The notes beneath the pieces were generated by a model. That model ran no database searches, was not told the DNA's origin, and saw nothing but the letters and a program-made list of their open reading frames with translations. From contig CAWGKG010000017.1 of the NCBI GenBank assembly GCA_963823035.1, positions 1 through 64,000 on the forward strand: a DNA stretch of 64,000 nucleotides, given 5' to 3'. Shown here piece by piece: positions 24,358 through 33,988 of the stretch (position 1 is its first letter; each line of letters starts with the position of its first letter). This DNA is from an uncultured Gemmatimonadales bacterium (GTDB lineage: Bacteria; Gemmatimonadota; Gemmatimonadetes; Longimicrobiales; Gaopeijiaceae). A program made the translations under genes and the position numbers.

Positions 24358-24607
24358 GGAATCCCCCCCAATTGACGGGCACCCCTCAGGGAGAAGAGGC
24401 GGAGCAGTCCCGGTTACTGTGTGGACGGACCACGGACGCGGTCCGTCGGGCAGGGTACGTAGTATTCTCTCACGACACCCATCGCGCAGCAAGCATTTCG
24501 AGGGGGTCGGGGAGAAACGTGATGGTGGCTGCGACCGTACACCCTGGATACCATGGGCGAAGCCGGCAGGGACCGGCGCCCCTACCTCCACCCTCGGGAG
24601 CGCGCGC

Positions 24608-25135
24608 ATGAAGAGAGTATGGTTGGCGTTGACGGCCCTTCTCCTGGCCACCCCACTTTCCGCACAGATGGGCCAGGGCGACGGCTCGGTCGCCGGTGTG
24701 CGGGGCCTCTACCAGACGGTTCGCGGCTACATCACCGCGGCGGCCGAGCAGATGCCGGAGGACAAGTACTCGTACCGGCCGACCGACGAGGTCCGCACGT
24801 TCGGGCAGATCATCGGGCACGTCGCGAACTCCGGGTACATGTTCTGCGCCCCCGTGCGCGGGCAGCAGGCTCCCAGCATGCCCGACGCCGAGAAGCTCGC
24901 GTCCAAGGCCGAGATCGTCGCGGCGCTGAAGGCCTCCTTCGCGTATTGCGACGCCGCGTATCAGCTCAGCGCCGCGGACGCGAGCGCGCCGCTGCAGTTC
25001 TTCGGGCAGCAGCACACGAAGCTGTCCGTGCTCGCGTTCAACATGGGTCACGCCTTCGAGCACTACGGCAACCTCGTGACCTACCTGCGCCTCAACGGGA
25101 TGGTGCCGCCGTCGAGCCAGGGCTCCGGGATGTAG
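24608..25135 (+). CDS. Secreted DinB family protein
   Basis: Signal peptide; AAEQMPEDKYSYRPT..VRTFGQIIGHV; HAFEHYGNLVTYLRLNGMVPPSS. Confidence 0.9.
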   Translation: MKRVWLALTALLLATPLSAQMGQGDGSVAGVRGLYQTVRGYITAAAEQMPEDKYSYRPTDEVRTFGQIIGHVANSGYMFCAPVRGQQAPSMPDAEKLASKAEIVAALKASFAYCDAAYQLSAADASAPLQFFGQQHTKLSVLAFNMGHAFEHYGNLVTYLRLNGMVPPSSQGSGM

Positions 25136-25150
25136 GCGGGAGCGACGTCC

Positions 25151-26794
25151 ATCGACCCGCGGCTGGAGGAGGGGCGTAAGGCGTTCGAGCGACGGGCGTG
25201 GAAGGACGCGCGCGACGCCCTGTCCTCGGCCCACGAGGCGGGGACCGCCGGACCGCGGGACCTGGGGCGCCTGGCGGTCGCGTCCTTCCTGCTCGGGCGG
25301 GAGGACGACTTCGTCCAGGCGCTGCAGGACGCCCATCAAGCCGCGCTGGACGCGGACGATCCCGCCGGGGCCGCCCGCTACGCCTTCTGGCTGGGGTTCC
25401 ACCTGATCAACCGCGGTGAGGCGGCGCGTGCGAGCGGGTGGTTCGGGCGCGCCACCCGTCAGCTCCAGCGCGCGGGCGAGGACTGCGCGGAACGGGGGTA
25501 CCTCCTGCTTCCTCTGGGCTTCCAGAAGCTGGGCGCGGGCGACTTCGAGGGCGCGGTGCGGACCGCGGCCGAGGCCGCCGCGGTGGGGGAGCGCTTCGGC
25601 GACCCCGACCTGCTGGCGCTGGCGCTCCACTTGCAGGGGCGCGCGTTGCTGCGCCTTTCCCGCGTCGCCGAAGGACTGGCGCTCCTCGACGAGGCCATGG
25701 TCTCGGTCGCCGCGGGAGAGCTGTCGCCCCAGGTCACCGGGCTCATCTACTGCAGCGTGATCAGCGCGTGTCGCGAGGTCTGGGCGCTCGCTCGGGCGCA
25801 CGAATGGACCGCCGCGCTCGCGGATTGGTGCGAGGGCCAGCCCGACATGGTGCCCTACACCGGTGAGTGCCGCGTCTACCGGGCGGAGATCCTCCAGTTC
25901 CACGGCGCGTGGCAGGACGCGATGGCCGAAGCGCTCCGTGCGTCCGAGTGCTTCGAGCGCGGCCACGAGCCGGGCGGGGTCGGCCTGGCCCTGTACCAAC
26001 AAGGGGAGCTGCACAGGCTCCGCGGTGATCTGGCTGCCGCGGAGGAGGCGTATCGCGCGGCCAGCCGGTCAGGCCGCGAGCCCCAGCCGGGTCTGGCGCT
26101 GCTCCGCCTGGCGCAGGGGGACCCCGACGCCGCCGCGTCGTCCATCCGGCGCGCGCTCGCCGAGACGACGAACCGGCTGCGCCGCGCCCGGTTGCTACCC
26201 GCCTATGTCGAGATCCTGCTGGAGACAGGAGAGATCGAGGAGGCACGCCGTTCGTGCGCGGAGCTCGAGGAGATCGCCCGGAGTTGCGCCGCCGGCGTTC
26301 TCGGCACGATCGTCGCCCAGGTGGAGGGCGCGATCGAGCTGGCGGCGGGCAACGCCAAGGGGGCGCTCGCACCGCTGCGGCGAGCATGGCAGGAGTGGCG
26401 GGAGGCCGACGCCCCCTACGAGGCGGCGCAGACCCGCATGCTGCTCGGGCTCGCCTGCCGGGAGCTCGGCGACGACGACGGGGCCACCCTGGAGCTGGAG
26501 GCGGCGCGGGCGGAGTTCGGGCGACTGGGCGCCGCCCCCGACCTCGCCCGCCTCGACGCGCTCGAGCGTCGGCGGACAACCCACGGTGGCCACGGGCTCA
26601 CCCCGCGCGAGCGGGAGGTCCTGGCGCTGCTGGCCACCGGGCGCACCAACCGTGCCATCGCCCACGAGCTCTTCATCAGCGACAAGACGGTCGCCCGCCA
26701 CGTGGCCAACATCTTCGGAAAGCTGGGCGTCTCCTCCCGCGCGGCCGCCACGGCGTTCGCGTATGAGCACCACCTCCTGGACCCGCCTACATAG
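25151..26794 (+). CDS. LuxR-family regulator with TPR-like sensor region; no canonical start codon
   Basis: Open frame from 25136 (LEEGRKAFERRAWKDA...); C-terminal HTH GLTPREREVL..NRAIA..LFISDKTVARHVANIFGKLGV. Confidence 0.85.
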   Translation: MDPRLEEGRKAFERRAWKDARDALSSAHEAGTAGPRDLGRLAVASFLLGREDDFVQALQDAHQAALDADDPAGAARYAFWLGFHLINRGEAARASGWFGRATRQLQRAGEDCAERGYLLLPLGFQKLGAGDFEGAVRTAAEAAAVGERFGDPDLLALALHLQGRALLRLSRVAEGLALLDEAMVSVAAGELSPQVTGLIYCSVISACREVWALARAHEWTAALADWCEGQPDMVPYTGECRVYRAEILQFHGAWQDAMAEALRASECFERGHEPGGVGLALYQQGELHRLRGDLAAAEEAYRAASRSGREPQPGLALLRLAQGDPDAAASSIRRALAETTNRLRRARLLPAYVEILLETGEIEEARRSCAELEEIARSCAAGVLGTIVAQVEGAIELAAGNAKGALAPLRRAWQEWREADAPYEAAQTRMLLGLACRELGDDDGATLELEAARAEFGRLGAAPDLARLDALERRRTTHGGHGLTPREREVLALLATGRTNRAIAHELFISDKTVARHVANIFGKLGVSSRAAATAFAYEHHLLDPPT

Positions 26795-26927
26795 AATGAC
26801 CCATCTCGGCCGCCGCCTGGGAATTGGTTGATTCGGCCGAGGCGGCGGGCCTTCCGCCCTGGGTAGCTTGGAGTCGGCCGTCGGACGCTCCGCGGTCCAG
26901 TCGGCGACCCGAGGTGGAGGCACGACG

Positions 26928-28043
26928 ATGAAGATCCGCGCACCCGAGTACTGCGAGACCCTGGTCATCGGCGGCGGCCAGGCCGGCCTCTCGGTGGGAT
27001 ACCACCTGCGCCGGCGCGGGCTCCCCTTCCTCATCCTCGACGCCAGAGAGCGGGTCGGGGACGTCTGGCGCGAGCGCTGGGACTCGCTGCGCCTCTTCAC
27101 GCCCGCCCATTACGACGGGCTGGACGGGATGCCGTTTCCGGCTTCGTCCCACTCCTTCCCCACCAAGGACGAGATGGCCGACTACCTGGAGGCCTACGCG
27201 GACCACTTCGAGCTGCCCGTGCGCACGGGCGTGAGGGTGGACGGGCTGACGCGGCGGGGGGAACGGTTCCTGGTGACGGCCGGCGAACGGTCGTTCGAGG
27301 CGGACAACGTGGTCGTCGCGATGTCGGACTACCAGAAGCCGAAGGTCCCCCCGTTCGCCGCCGAGCTCGCACCCGACGTCGTGCAGTTCCATTCCGCCGA
27401 CTACCGCAACCCCGACCAGCTCCGTGACGGGCCGGTCCTCCTGGTGGGGGCCGGGAACTCGGGCTCGGAGATCGCCCGCGAGCTGGCCCCGCGCCACGAA
27501 GTGTGGATGTCGGGTCGCGACACCGGGCACATTCCCTTCCGCATCGAGGGACTCCTCGGGCGCCTGATCATGGTCCGCCTGGTGCTCCGCTTCCTCTTCC
27601 ACCGTGTGCTGACGGTTCGCACCGCCATCGGCCGAAAGGTGCGCCCCAGGATCCTGCACAAGGGCGGTCCCCTCATCCGGGTGAAGCCGAAGGACCTGGC
27701 CCGGGCCGGCGTCGAGCGGGTTGGAAGAACCGTCGCCGTCGAGCACGGGATGCCGGTGCTGGAAGACGGACGGGTGCTCGACGTCGCCAACGTGATCTGG
27801 TGCACCGGCTTCCACGCGGGCTTCGACTGGATCGACCTGCCGGTCCACGGCCCGCGGGAGCCGCGCCATCGGAGCGGAATCGTGGACAGCGAGCCTGGAC
27901 TCTACTTCGTGGGGCTCTTCTTCCTGCACGCGATGTCGTCGGGGATGGTCCACGGCGTGGGGAGGGATGCCGATCGCGCGGCGGCGGCGATCACGAACGC
28001 TCGCCGAGCGAGCGTCCTTGACCGAACCGCGGTAGGGGCGTGA
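26928..28043 (+). CDS. Flavin-containing monooxygenase (CzcO/ArsO-like)
   Basis: IGGGQAG, WRERWDSLRLFTP, FHSADYRNP, VGAGNSG, IWCTGF, PGLYFVG. Confidence 0.9.
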   Translation: MKIRAPEYCETLVIGGGQAGLSVGYHLRRRGLPFLILDARERVGDVWRERWDSLRLFTPAHYDGLDGMPFPASSHSFPTKDEMADYLEAYADHFELPVRTGVRVDGLTRRGERFLVTAGERSFEADNVVVAMSDYQKPKVPPFAAELAPDVVQFHSADYRNPDQLRDGPVLLVGAGNSGSEIARELAPRHEVWMSGRDTGHIPFRIEGLLGRLIMVRLVLRFLFHRVLTVRTAIGRKVRPRILHKGGPLIRVKPKDLARAGVERVGRTVAVEHGMPVLEDGRVLDVANVIWCTGFHAGFDWIDLPVHGPREPRHRSGIVDSEPGLYFVGLFFLHAMSSGMVHGVGRDADRAAAAITNARRASVLDRTAVGA

Positions 28044-28091
28044 CGTTGGCACGCTCACGGCGAAGGCCTGCACGAAGGAGCAGCGAGCACC

Positions 28092-31000
28092 ATGCGTCGT
28101 CGAGCGATCGTCGGACTGCTGACCCTCATCTCCGCACCTGCCGCGCTTCGCGCGCAGGTGGTGGATTCCTCCTACCTCGACCTCGTGGAGTGGCGCTCCG
28201 TCGGCCCCACCCGGGGCGGGCGTGTCCTGGCGGTCGCCGGCGATCCCGAGCACGACTTCGTGTTCTACCAGGGCACCGCCGGGGGAGGCGTTTGGAAGAC
28301 CGAGGACGGTGGCATCAACTGGCGCAACGTCTCGGACGGCTATTTCCACACGGGTAGCGTAGGCGCGATCGCGGTGGCCTCGTCGAACCCGAACGTCCTC
28401 TACGTGGGGATGGGCGAGACGTGCATCCGCGGCAACGCATCCATCGGCGACGGCGTGTACAAGTCCACGGACGCCGGCACGACATGGACCCACCTCGGCC
28501 TCGAGGCGACCAGCCAGATCGCGCGGGTGCGGATCCATCCGACGAACCCCGACCTGGTCTACGTCGCGGCGCTGGGCTCCCCGTGGGGGCCGAGCGCCGA
28601 CCGCGGTGTCTTTCGCTCCCGCGACGGCGGGCGCACGTGGCGGAAAGTCCTCTACCGCGACGAGAACACGGGCGCGATCGACCTGATCATGGACCCGGGT
28701 GATCCGAACGTGCTGTACGCCTCGCTCCTCCAACTGCGGCGCTACCCCTGGGGGTTCACCAGCGCGGGACCGGGCACCGGCCTGTTCAAGTCGACGGACG
28801 GTGGCGACACCTGGACCGAGCTGACCGACCACCCCGGGCTTCCCGACGGGCTGAAGGGCCGCATCGGCATCACCGTGTCGCCGGTGCGCACAAGCCGCGT
28901 GTGGGCGATCATCGACGCCGAGTTGGGCAAGAAAGGGGTGTTCCGCTCGGACGACGGCGGGGCCACGTGGACTCGCACCAACGAGGACGCGGACCTGACC
29001 CAGCGACCCTGGTACTACCACCACATCTTCGCGGACCCACAGGACGCAAACACCGTCTACGTGCTCAATGTGAACTTCTGGAAGAGCACGGACGGGGGCG
29101 CGACGTTCCAGGAGATGGACGTTCCGCACGGGGACAACCACGACCTGTGGATCGATCCGGACAACCCGCTGCGCATGGCCGAGGGCAACGACGGCGGTGC
29201 CATCGTCAGCTTCAACGGTGGGGCGTCCTGGTCGGACCTGATGAACCAGCCCACGGCCCAGCTCTACCACGTCGCGGTGGACAACGGCTTCCCGTACCGG
29301 CTGTATGCCTCGCAGCAGGACAACACCACGATCTCCGTGCCCGCGTGGTCGGACTTCGGCGTGAACACCCTGGAGGACTGGTTCACGGTGGGCGGCGGCG
29401 AGGACGGCTACATCGCCGTCCGCCGCGACGACCCGAACATCGTCTACGCGGCCGACCACCACTATCTGACCCGGTACGACCACCGCACGAAACAGGTGCG
29501 CGACATCTCGCCGAACCCGGAGACCTACTACGGGTGGGGCGCCGCGGACATGAAGTACCGCTTCTGGTGGACGTATCCGGTCATGACGTCTCCCAACGAC
29601 CCGAACGAGCTCTACATCACCTCGCAGTACGTGCACCGCACCACCGACGAGGGGCAGAGCTGGGAGGTCATCAGCCCGGATCTCACACGCCACGATCCGA
29701 AGACGCTCGAGCAGACCCCGTCCTACGAGCATCCCGAGCCGGGCGAGTACTGGGGCCCGATCACGCGGGAGGCGTACGGCCCGGAGTGGTACGCGACGAT
29801 CTTCTCCTTCGCGGAGTCGCCGGCGCGGGCCGGGGTGATGTGGGCCGGCTCCGACGACGGCTGGATCCACGTGTCGAAGGACGCGGGCCGCACATGGACG
29901 AAGGTGAACATCCCCGACCTGCCGGAGTTCACGCTGATCAGCATCATCGATCCGTCCGCGCACGATCCGGCCACGGCCTACGTCGCGGCCACCCGCTACA
30001 AGCTGAACGACCAGCGGCCGTACCTCTTCCGCACGCACGACTACGGCGCCACGTGGACGAAGATCACGACCGGCATCCCCGAAGACGACTTCACGCGCGT
30101 CGTCCGTGGCGACCCGGAGCGTACGGGCCTGCTCTACGCGGGTACCGAGCGGTCCGTCTACGTGTCGTTCGACGACGGGGACCACTGGCAGCCCCTCGCC
30201 CACGGCCTCCCGGTGGTGCCGATCCACGACCTGGCCGTGAAGAACGGGGACCTGGTCGCCGCCACCCATGGACGGTCGTTCTGGATCCTCGACGACGTCG
30301 CGCTCCTTCACCAGCTCGATGCTGCAGCGATGGCGGAGCCGGTGCACCTCTTCCGGCCGAGGCCCACGTATCGGACCAACACCGGTGCCAGCCTGGTGGG
30401 TGCCTTCGCCAACCAGAGCCAGGCGGGGCGCAACCCGCCCGCCGGGGTGGTGGTGCCCTACCACGTCGCGACGATGCCCGCCGGAGGCGTGGTGATCCGC
30501 ATCCTGAAGGGCACCGTCCTGGTGCGGACGTTCGACAACGTCGAGACGCGGGCCGGGGCGAACACGTTCGTGTGGGACATGCGCTATCCGGGCGCGGAAG
30601 TGCTCCCCGACGCGGTGTTCCAGGGAAGCGCACGGGGCCCGCTCGCGCCTCCCGGAAGCTACCGGGTGGAGTTGCAGGCGGGCGGACGCACGCTCAGCCA
30701 GCCGTTCGAGATCCTGCGGGACCCGAGGATCGACTACACGGACGCCGACCTCGTCGCCCAGTTCGACTTCCTCGTCCAGGTGCGTGACAAGCTCACCGAG
30801 ACCATGAGCCTGGTGAAGAAGATCCGGGACATGCGCACCCAGGCCGAGGCGGCCGTCCAGCGCGCAGGGTCGCGCCAGGAGCTCCAGGTGGCGCTGAAGG
30901 GGCTCGACGACCAGCTCTATCCCATCGAGGAGCGACTGGTGCAGTTCCGTGCCCGGGCCGGGCAGGACCTGATCGCGCAGCCCACGGGGATCGACAGCAA

Positions 31001-31172
31001 GCTCGCCCGGCTGATGAGCTTCGCCTCGATGGCGGACGCACCTCCGACAGAGGGCGACCGCGAGCTGTTCACCAGGCTCTCCCAGGGCATCCAGGAGCGC
31101 GCCGATGCGGTGGCGCGTATCGAGGCGCAGGCGTACGCGGACCTCATGCGGAAGGCCCGGCCCATTGGATAG
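28092..31172 (+). CDS. Secreted VPS10/BNR (Asp-box) repeat glycosyl-hydrolase-like protein
   Basis: WRSVGPTRGGR; repeated S/TxDGGxTW Asp boxes; HGDNHDLWIDP; ATHGRSFWILDD. Confidence 0.9.
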   Translation: MRRRAIVGLLTLISAPAALRAQVVDSSYLDLVEWRSVGPTRGGRVLAVAGDPEHDFVFYQGTAGGGVWKTEDGGINWRNVSDGYFHTGSVGAIAVASSNPNVLYVGMGETCIRGNASIGDGVYKSTDAGTTWTHLGLEATSQIARVRIHPTNPDLVYVAALGSPWGPSADRGVFRSRDGGRTWRKVLYRDENTGAIDLIMDPGDPNVLYASLLQLRRYPWGFTSAGPGTGLFKSTDGGDTWTELTDHPGLPDGLKGRIGITVSPVRTSRVWAIIDAELGKKGVFRSDDGGATWTRTNEDADLTQRPWYYHHIFADPQDANTVYVLNVNFWKSTDGGATFQEMDVPHGDNHDLWIDPDNPLRMAEGNDGGAIVSFNGGASWSDLMNQPTAQLYHVAVDNGFPYRLYASQQDNTTISVPAWSDFGVNTLEDWFTVGGGEDGYIAVRRDDPNIVYAADHHYLTRYDHRTKQVRDISPNPETYYGWGAADMKYRFWWTYPVMTSPNDPNELYITSQYVHRTTDEGQSWEVISPDLTRHDPKTLEQTPSYEHPEPGEYWGPITREAYGPEWYATIFSFAESPARAGVMWAGSDDGWIHVSKDAGRTWTKVNIPDLPEFTLISIIDPSAHDPATAYVAATRYKLNDQRPYLFRTHDYGATWTKITTGIPEDDFTRVVRGDPERTGLLYAGTERSVYVSFDDGDHWQPLAHGLPVVPIHDLAVKNGDLVAATHGRSFWILDDVALLHQLDAAAMAEPVHLFRPRPTYRTNTGASLVGAFANQSQAGRNPPAGVVVPYHVATMPAGGVVIRILKGTVLVRTFDNVETRAGANTFVWDMRYPGAEVLPDAVFQGSARGPLAPPGSYRVELQAGGRTLSQPFEILRDPRIDYTDADLVAQFDFLVQVRDKLTETMSLVKKIRDMRTQAEAAVQRAGSRQELQVALKGLDDQLYPIEERLVQFRARAGQDLIAQPTGIDSKLARLMSFASMADAPPTEGDRELFTRLSQGIQERADAVARIEAQAYADLMRKARPIG

Positions 31173-31206
31173 GCCGGGGAGTATGGCCCACGTTCACGGA
31201 GGAACC

Positions 31207-32448
31207 ATGCGGCTGCCCCGCACCCCGCTCGTCGTCCTCGCTGCGTTCGCCGGAATCGCCATGAGGACCGGCCCGGAGCGTCCGGCTCCGAGCCAGGAGA
31301 CGCCGCAGCGTGTGGACTACCTGACGCTGGCCCAGGGTGCACTCCCCCTGCGGGTCGGCGGGGCCGGCGCGCAGAAGGGCGCGGACCTCACGCACGCGAC
31401 CCAGATCGTCGACGGCCGCCCGGGCGGCTTCCCCTTCGTGAACCGGGCGGACGCCACCACCGACACCGAGTTCGTGTACGCCCTTCCCTCGCCCACGACC
31501 TTCGACCGACTCGCCGTTCCGGAGGTGCTCGAGACGCCGAGCCCGTCGCAGACCTTCATCAAGGACGTGGAGGTCTACGGCTCGGCGGACAGTCCGGACG
31601 GGCCGTGGACACTGCTCGCGTCGGGCACCCTGACCACGCACGAGCGACCTGGCCAGGTCACCGACCTCTCGCTGAAGGCCACGCTTCCGGTGCGGTGGGT
31701 GCGCCTCCGCCTGGTGGGCGGGATCGAGATGCTCAGGGACGCGATGTTCCTCGAGTTCGGCGAGATCATCGGCAACGGGACCCAGGAGCAGCCGGCTCTC
31801 TCCGACGCCTTCACGGGGGCATGGCGGGATCGCGGCGTGCGGCTGCGCCTGACGCAGGAAGGCGCCCTGGTGGCCGGATGCTACGACACCGGCTCGAGGC
31901 TCGAGGGGACCGTCACCGGCAACATCCTGCGGGCGACGGGGACGGGCCGCTCGGACGGGGTGCCGAGCCAGTTCATCCTCGGCGTCACGGACGATGGATC
32001 GATCCGCGGGGTGCGCTCCACGAACGGCGCGCCCTTCGCGCTCTACACGGGTGCCACCACCGACGCCGATCCCGTCCCGGACTGCGGCGAGCCCGAGCCG
32101 CCGAAGCTGGGCTGCGGATCGGTGATCCACGGGGTCAACTTCGACTTCGACTCCGCCGTGATCCGGAAGGAGTCCGACCCCGTCCTGGCCGAGCTCGCGC
32201 GCGGTCTGTCCGCCGACGCCTCGGCGAGCATCACGATCGAGGGCCACACCTCCAGCGAGGGCACCGAAGACTACAACCAGGCGCTCTCGGAGCGGCGGGC
32301 GCAGTCGGTGGTCGACGATCTCGTGACACGCGGCGTGGACGCCGCCCGCCTCGCCGCGCTCGGCGCCGGCGAGTCGCGGCCCATCGCCACGAACGACGAC
32401 GAGAGCGGCCGTTCGATGAACCGCCGGGTGGAGGTGCGCTGCCGGTAG
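31207..32448 (+). CDS. Secreted protein with a discoidin-like N-domain and an OmpA C-terminal domain
   Basis: VNFDFDSA, IEGHTSSEG..YNQALSERRAQSV, NRRVE; N-terminal KDVEVYGS...VRWVRL. Confidence 0.85.
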   Translation: MRLPRTPLVVLAAFAGIAMRTGPERPAPSQETPQRVDYLTLAQGALPLRVGGAGAQKGADLTHATQIVDGRPGGFPFVNRADATTDTEFVYALPSPTTFDRLAVPEVLETPSPSQTFIKDVEVYGSADSPDGPWTLLASGTLTTHERPGQVTDLSLKATLPVRWVRLRLVGGIEMLRDAMFLEFGEIIGNGTQEQPALSDAFTGAWRDRGVRLRLTQEGALVAGCYDTGSRLEGTVTGNILRATGTGRSDGVPSQFILGVTDDGSIRGVRSTNGAPFALYTGATTDADPVPDCGEPEPPKLGCGSVIHGVNFDFDSAVIRKESDPVLAELARGLSADASASITIEGHTSSEGTEDYNQALSERRAQSVVDDLVTRGVDAARLAALGAGESRPIATNDDESGRSMNRRVEVRCR

Positions 32449-32472
32449 CCGCCGAGGGTCGCGGGCCGCCGC

Positions 32473-33988
32473 CTACGCCCCGGGGCCCCCGCCTTCCGGC
32501 ACGGGACTCCCATCCACCCCCAGGTGCACGATCGGCGCGACGCCGGTGGCTGCGAGCGGCTCCTCGATCGACGCGCGATCGCCCACGATCACGATCGCGA
32601 GATGGTCGAGGTCGATGTACTCGCGCGCCACGCGCACCAGGTCCTCTCTCGTGACCGCACCCACGTGCTCGGCCATGTCCTGGTAGTAGTCCTGCGGCAG
32701 ATCCTCGAGGTAGAGGTCGGAGATGGCGTTCGCCGTGGCGCCCACCGAGGCGAACGACTGCGGGAGGCCCTGGATGAGCGCCGCCTTCCCCTGCGCGATC
32801 TCGTCGTCGGTGAAGGGCACGCTGCCCCGCACGCCGCGCAGGTGGCCCATGAACGCGATGAGCGCGCTGTCGGACTTCGCGGTGACGATCGAGCCACCCG
32901 CCTGGAAGGCGCCCGGGCCCTTCCCGAACGCGAAGCCGGAGCGCACGCCGTAGCTGTAGCCCTTCACCTCGCGGATGTCGTGATTGAGGCGCGACTGGAA
33001 GAGGCCACCGAGGATCGTGTTCATGACCTCGATGGCGTAGTAGTCCGGGGTGTTGCGCGCCGGCCCCGGCAGGCCGATGGCGAACACCGACTGCGCCGCG
33101 CCCGGCTTGTCCACCAGGTAGATCGTCGTGGGCTTCGGTGTGGGCACCGGCGGGTAGGCGAACGTCGGGGGCTCGGCCGCCGCGGCCCCACCCGGACAGG
33201 GCCTTCTCGACGGTCGCGCCGACCGCGCGGGGCTCCGCGTCGCCGACCACGGTGATGATGGCGCGACCCGGCTGGAAGTAGGTGTCGTGGAAGGACACCA
33301 CGTCCTCACGGGTGATGGCCTGCACGCTCTCGCGGGTCATGAAGCGCCCGTACGGATGGTCCTCGCCGTAGAGCACACGCGCGAAGACGTTGCGGGCGAT
33401 CGCCGTGGGCTGGTCCTCCGCCTGCGTGAGGCTCACGAGCGCGCGGCCACGCAGCCGCTCGAGGGCGTCCCCCGGGAAGGCCGGGTGCTCGATCATGTCG
33501 GCGACGAGGTCGAGCACCTTCGGGAAGTTCTCCGTCGTCGACAGGAAGCCGATCGACCCGCTCTCGGCGCCCACGCGCACGCTCACCGAGGTGCCCAGCA
33601 GGTCCAGGGCGTCGGACAGCTCGTCCCCATCGAGCGACTCGGTCCCCTCGCTCATCATGGCGGCGGTCATCGATGCCAGGCCGGTCTTGCCGGCCGGCTC
33701 GTACTGATCCGCCCCACCCACGAACTCGATCGTCAGGTACACGAGGGGAAGGTCGTGCCGCTGCGACACGACGAGCTTCGCGCCGTTCGCGAGCGAGCGC
33801 TCGCTCCAGTCCGGCACGTGCAGCGCCGGGGGCGCCCCCGGCTCGGGCGGCCGCGAGCGATCGAAGGCGCTGGGGCCCGCCTGCGCGAGGAGGGCGGCGG
33901 GCGCCGCCGCCACGCACAGCGCGGCCGCGAGCACCCCCATGCGCACCGCGTTCGCGGGGCGCGTCCGGATCCCCCGCACGGCGCTCAC
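32473..33988 (-). CDS. M16 family peptidase, non-catalytic subunit (frameshift near 33180)
   Basis: LANGAKL, GLASMTAAMMSEGT (no HxxEH), NTILGGLFQSRLNHDIREVKGYSYG. Confidence 0.88.

Noticed and set aside
24608..26794. Amber read-through (pyrrolysine-type) DinB-LuxR fusion
   Set aside because: DinB has a signal peptide and a normal family C-terminus, fusion to a cytoplasmic DNA-binding protein is implausible, and no pyl genes are in the window
28046..28061. TTGGCACG-N-GC as a sigma-54 promoter for the VPS10 gene
   Set aside because: Spacing fits, but the -12 element lacks the TT of TTGC, so it is too weak to call
28290..30200. Recurrent GACGGCGG-like DNA repeats
   Set aside because: These encode Asp-box (SxDGGxTW) protein repeats and are not a CRISPR array or DNA repeat element
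26787..30464. Very long alternative-frame and antisense ORFs (e.g. 26787..30464 -, 51331..54435 +, 11815..14673 +, 39394..41754 -)
   Set aside because: Shadow ORFs of well-supported genes, caused by stop-codon scarcity in high-GC DNA; Arg/Pro/Gly-rich with no recognisable motifs
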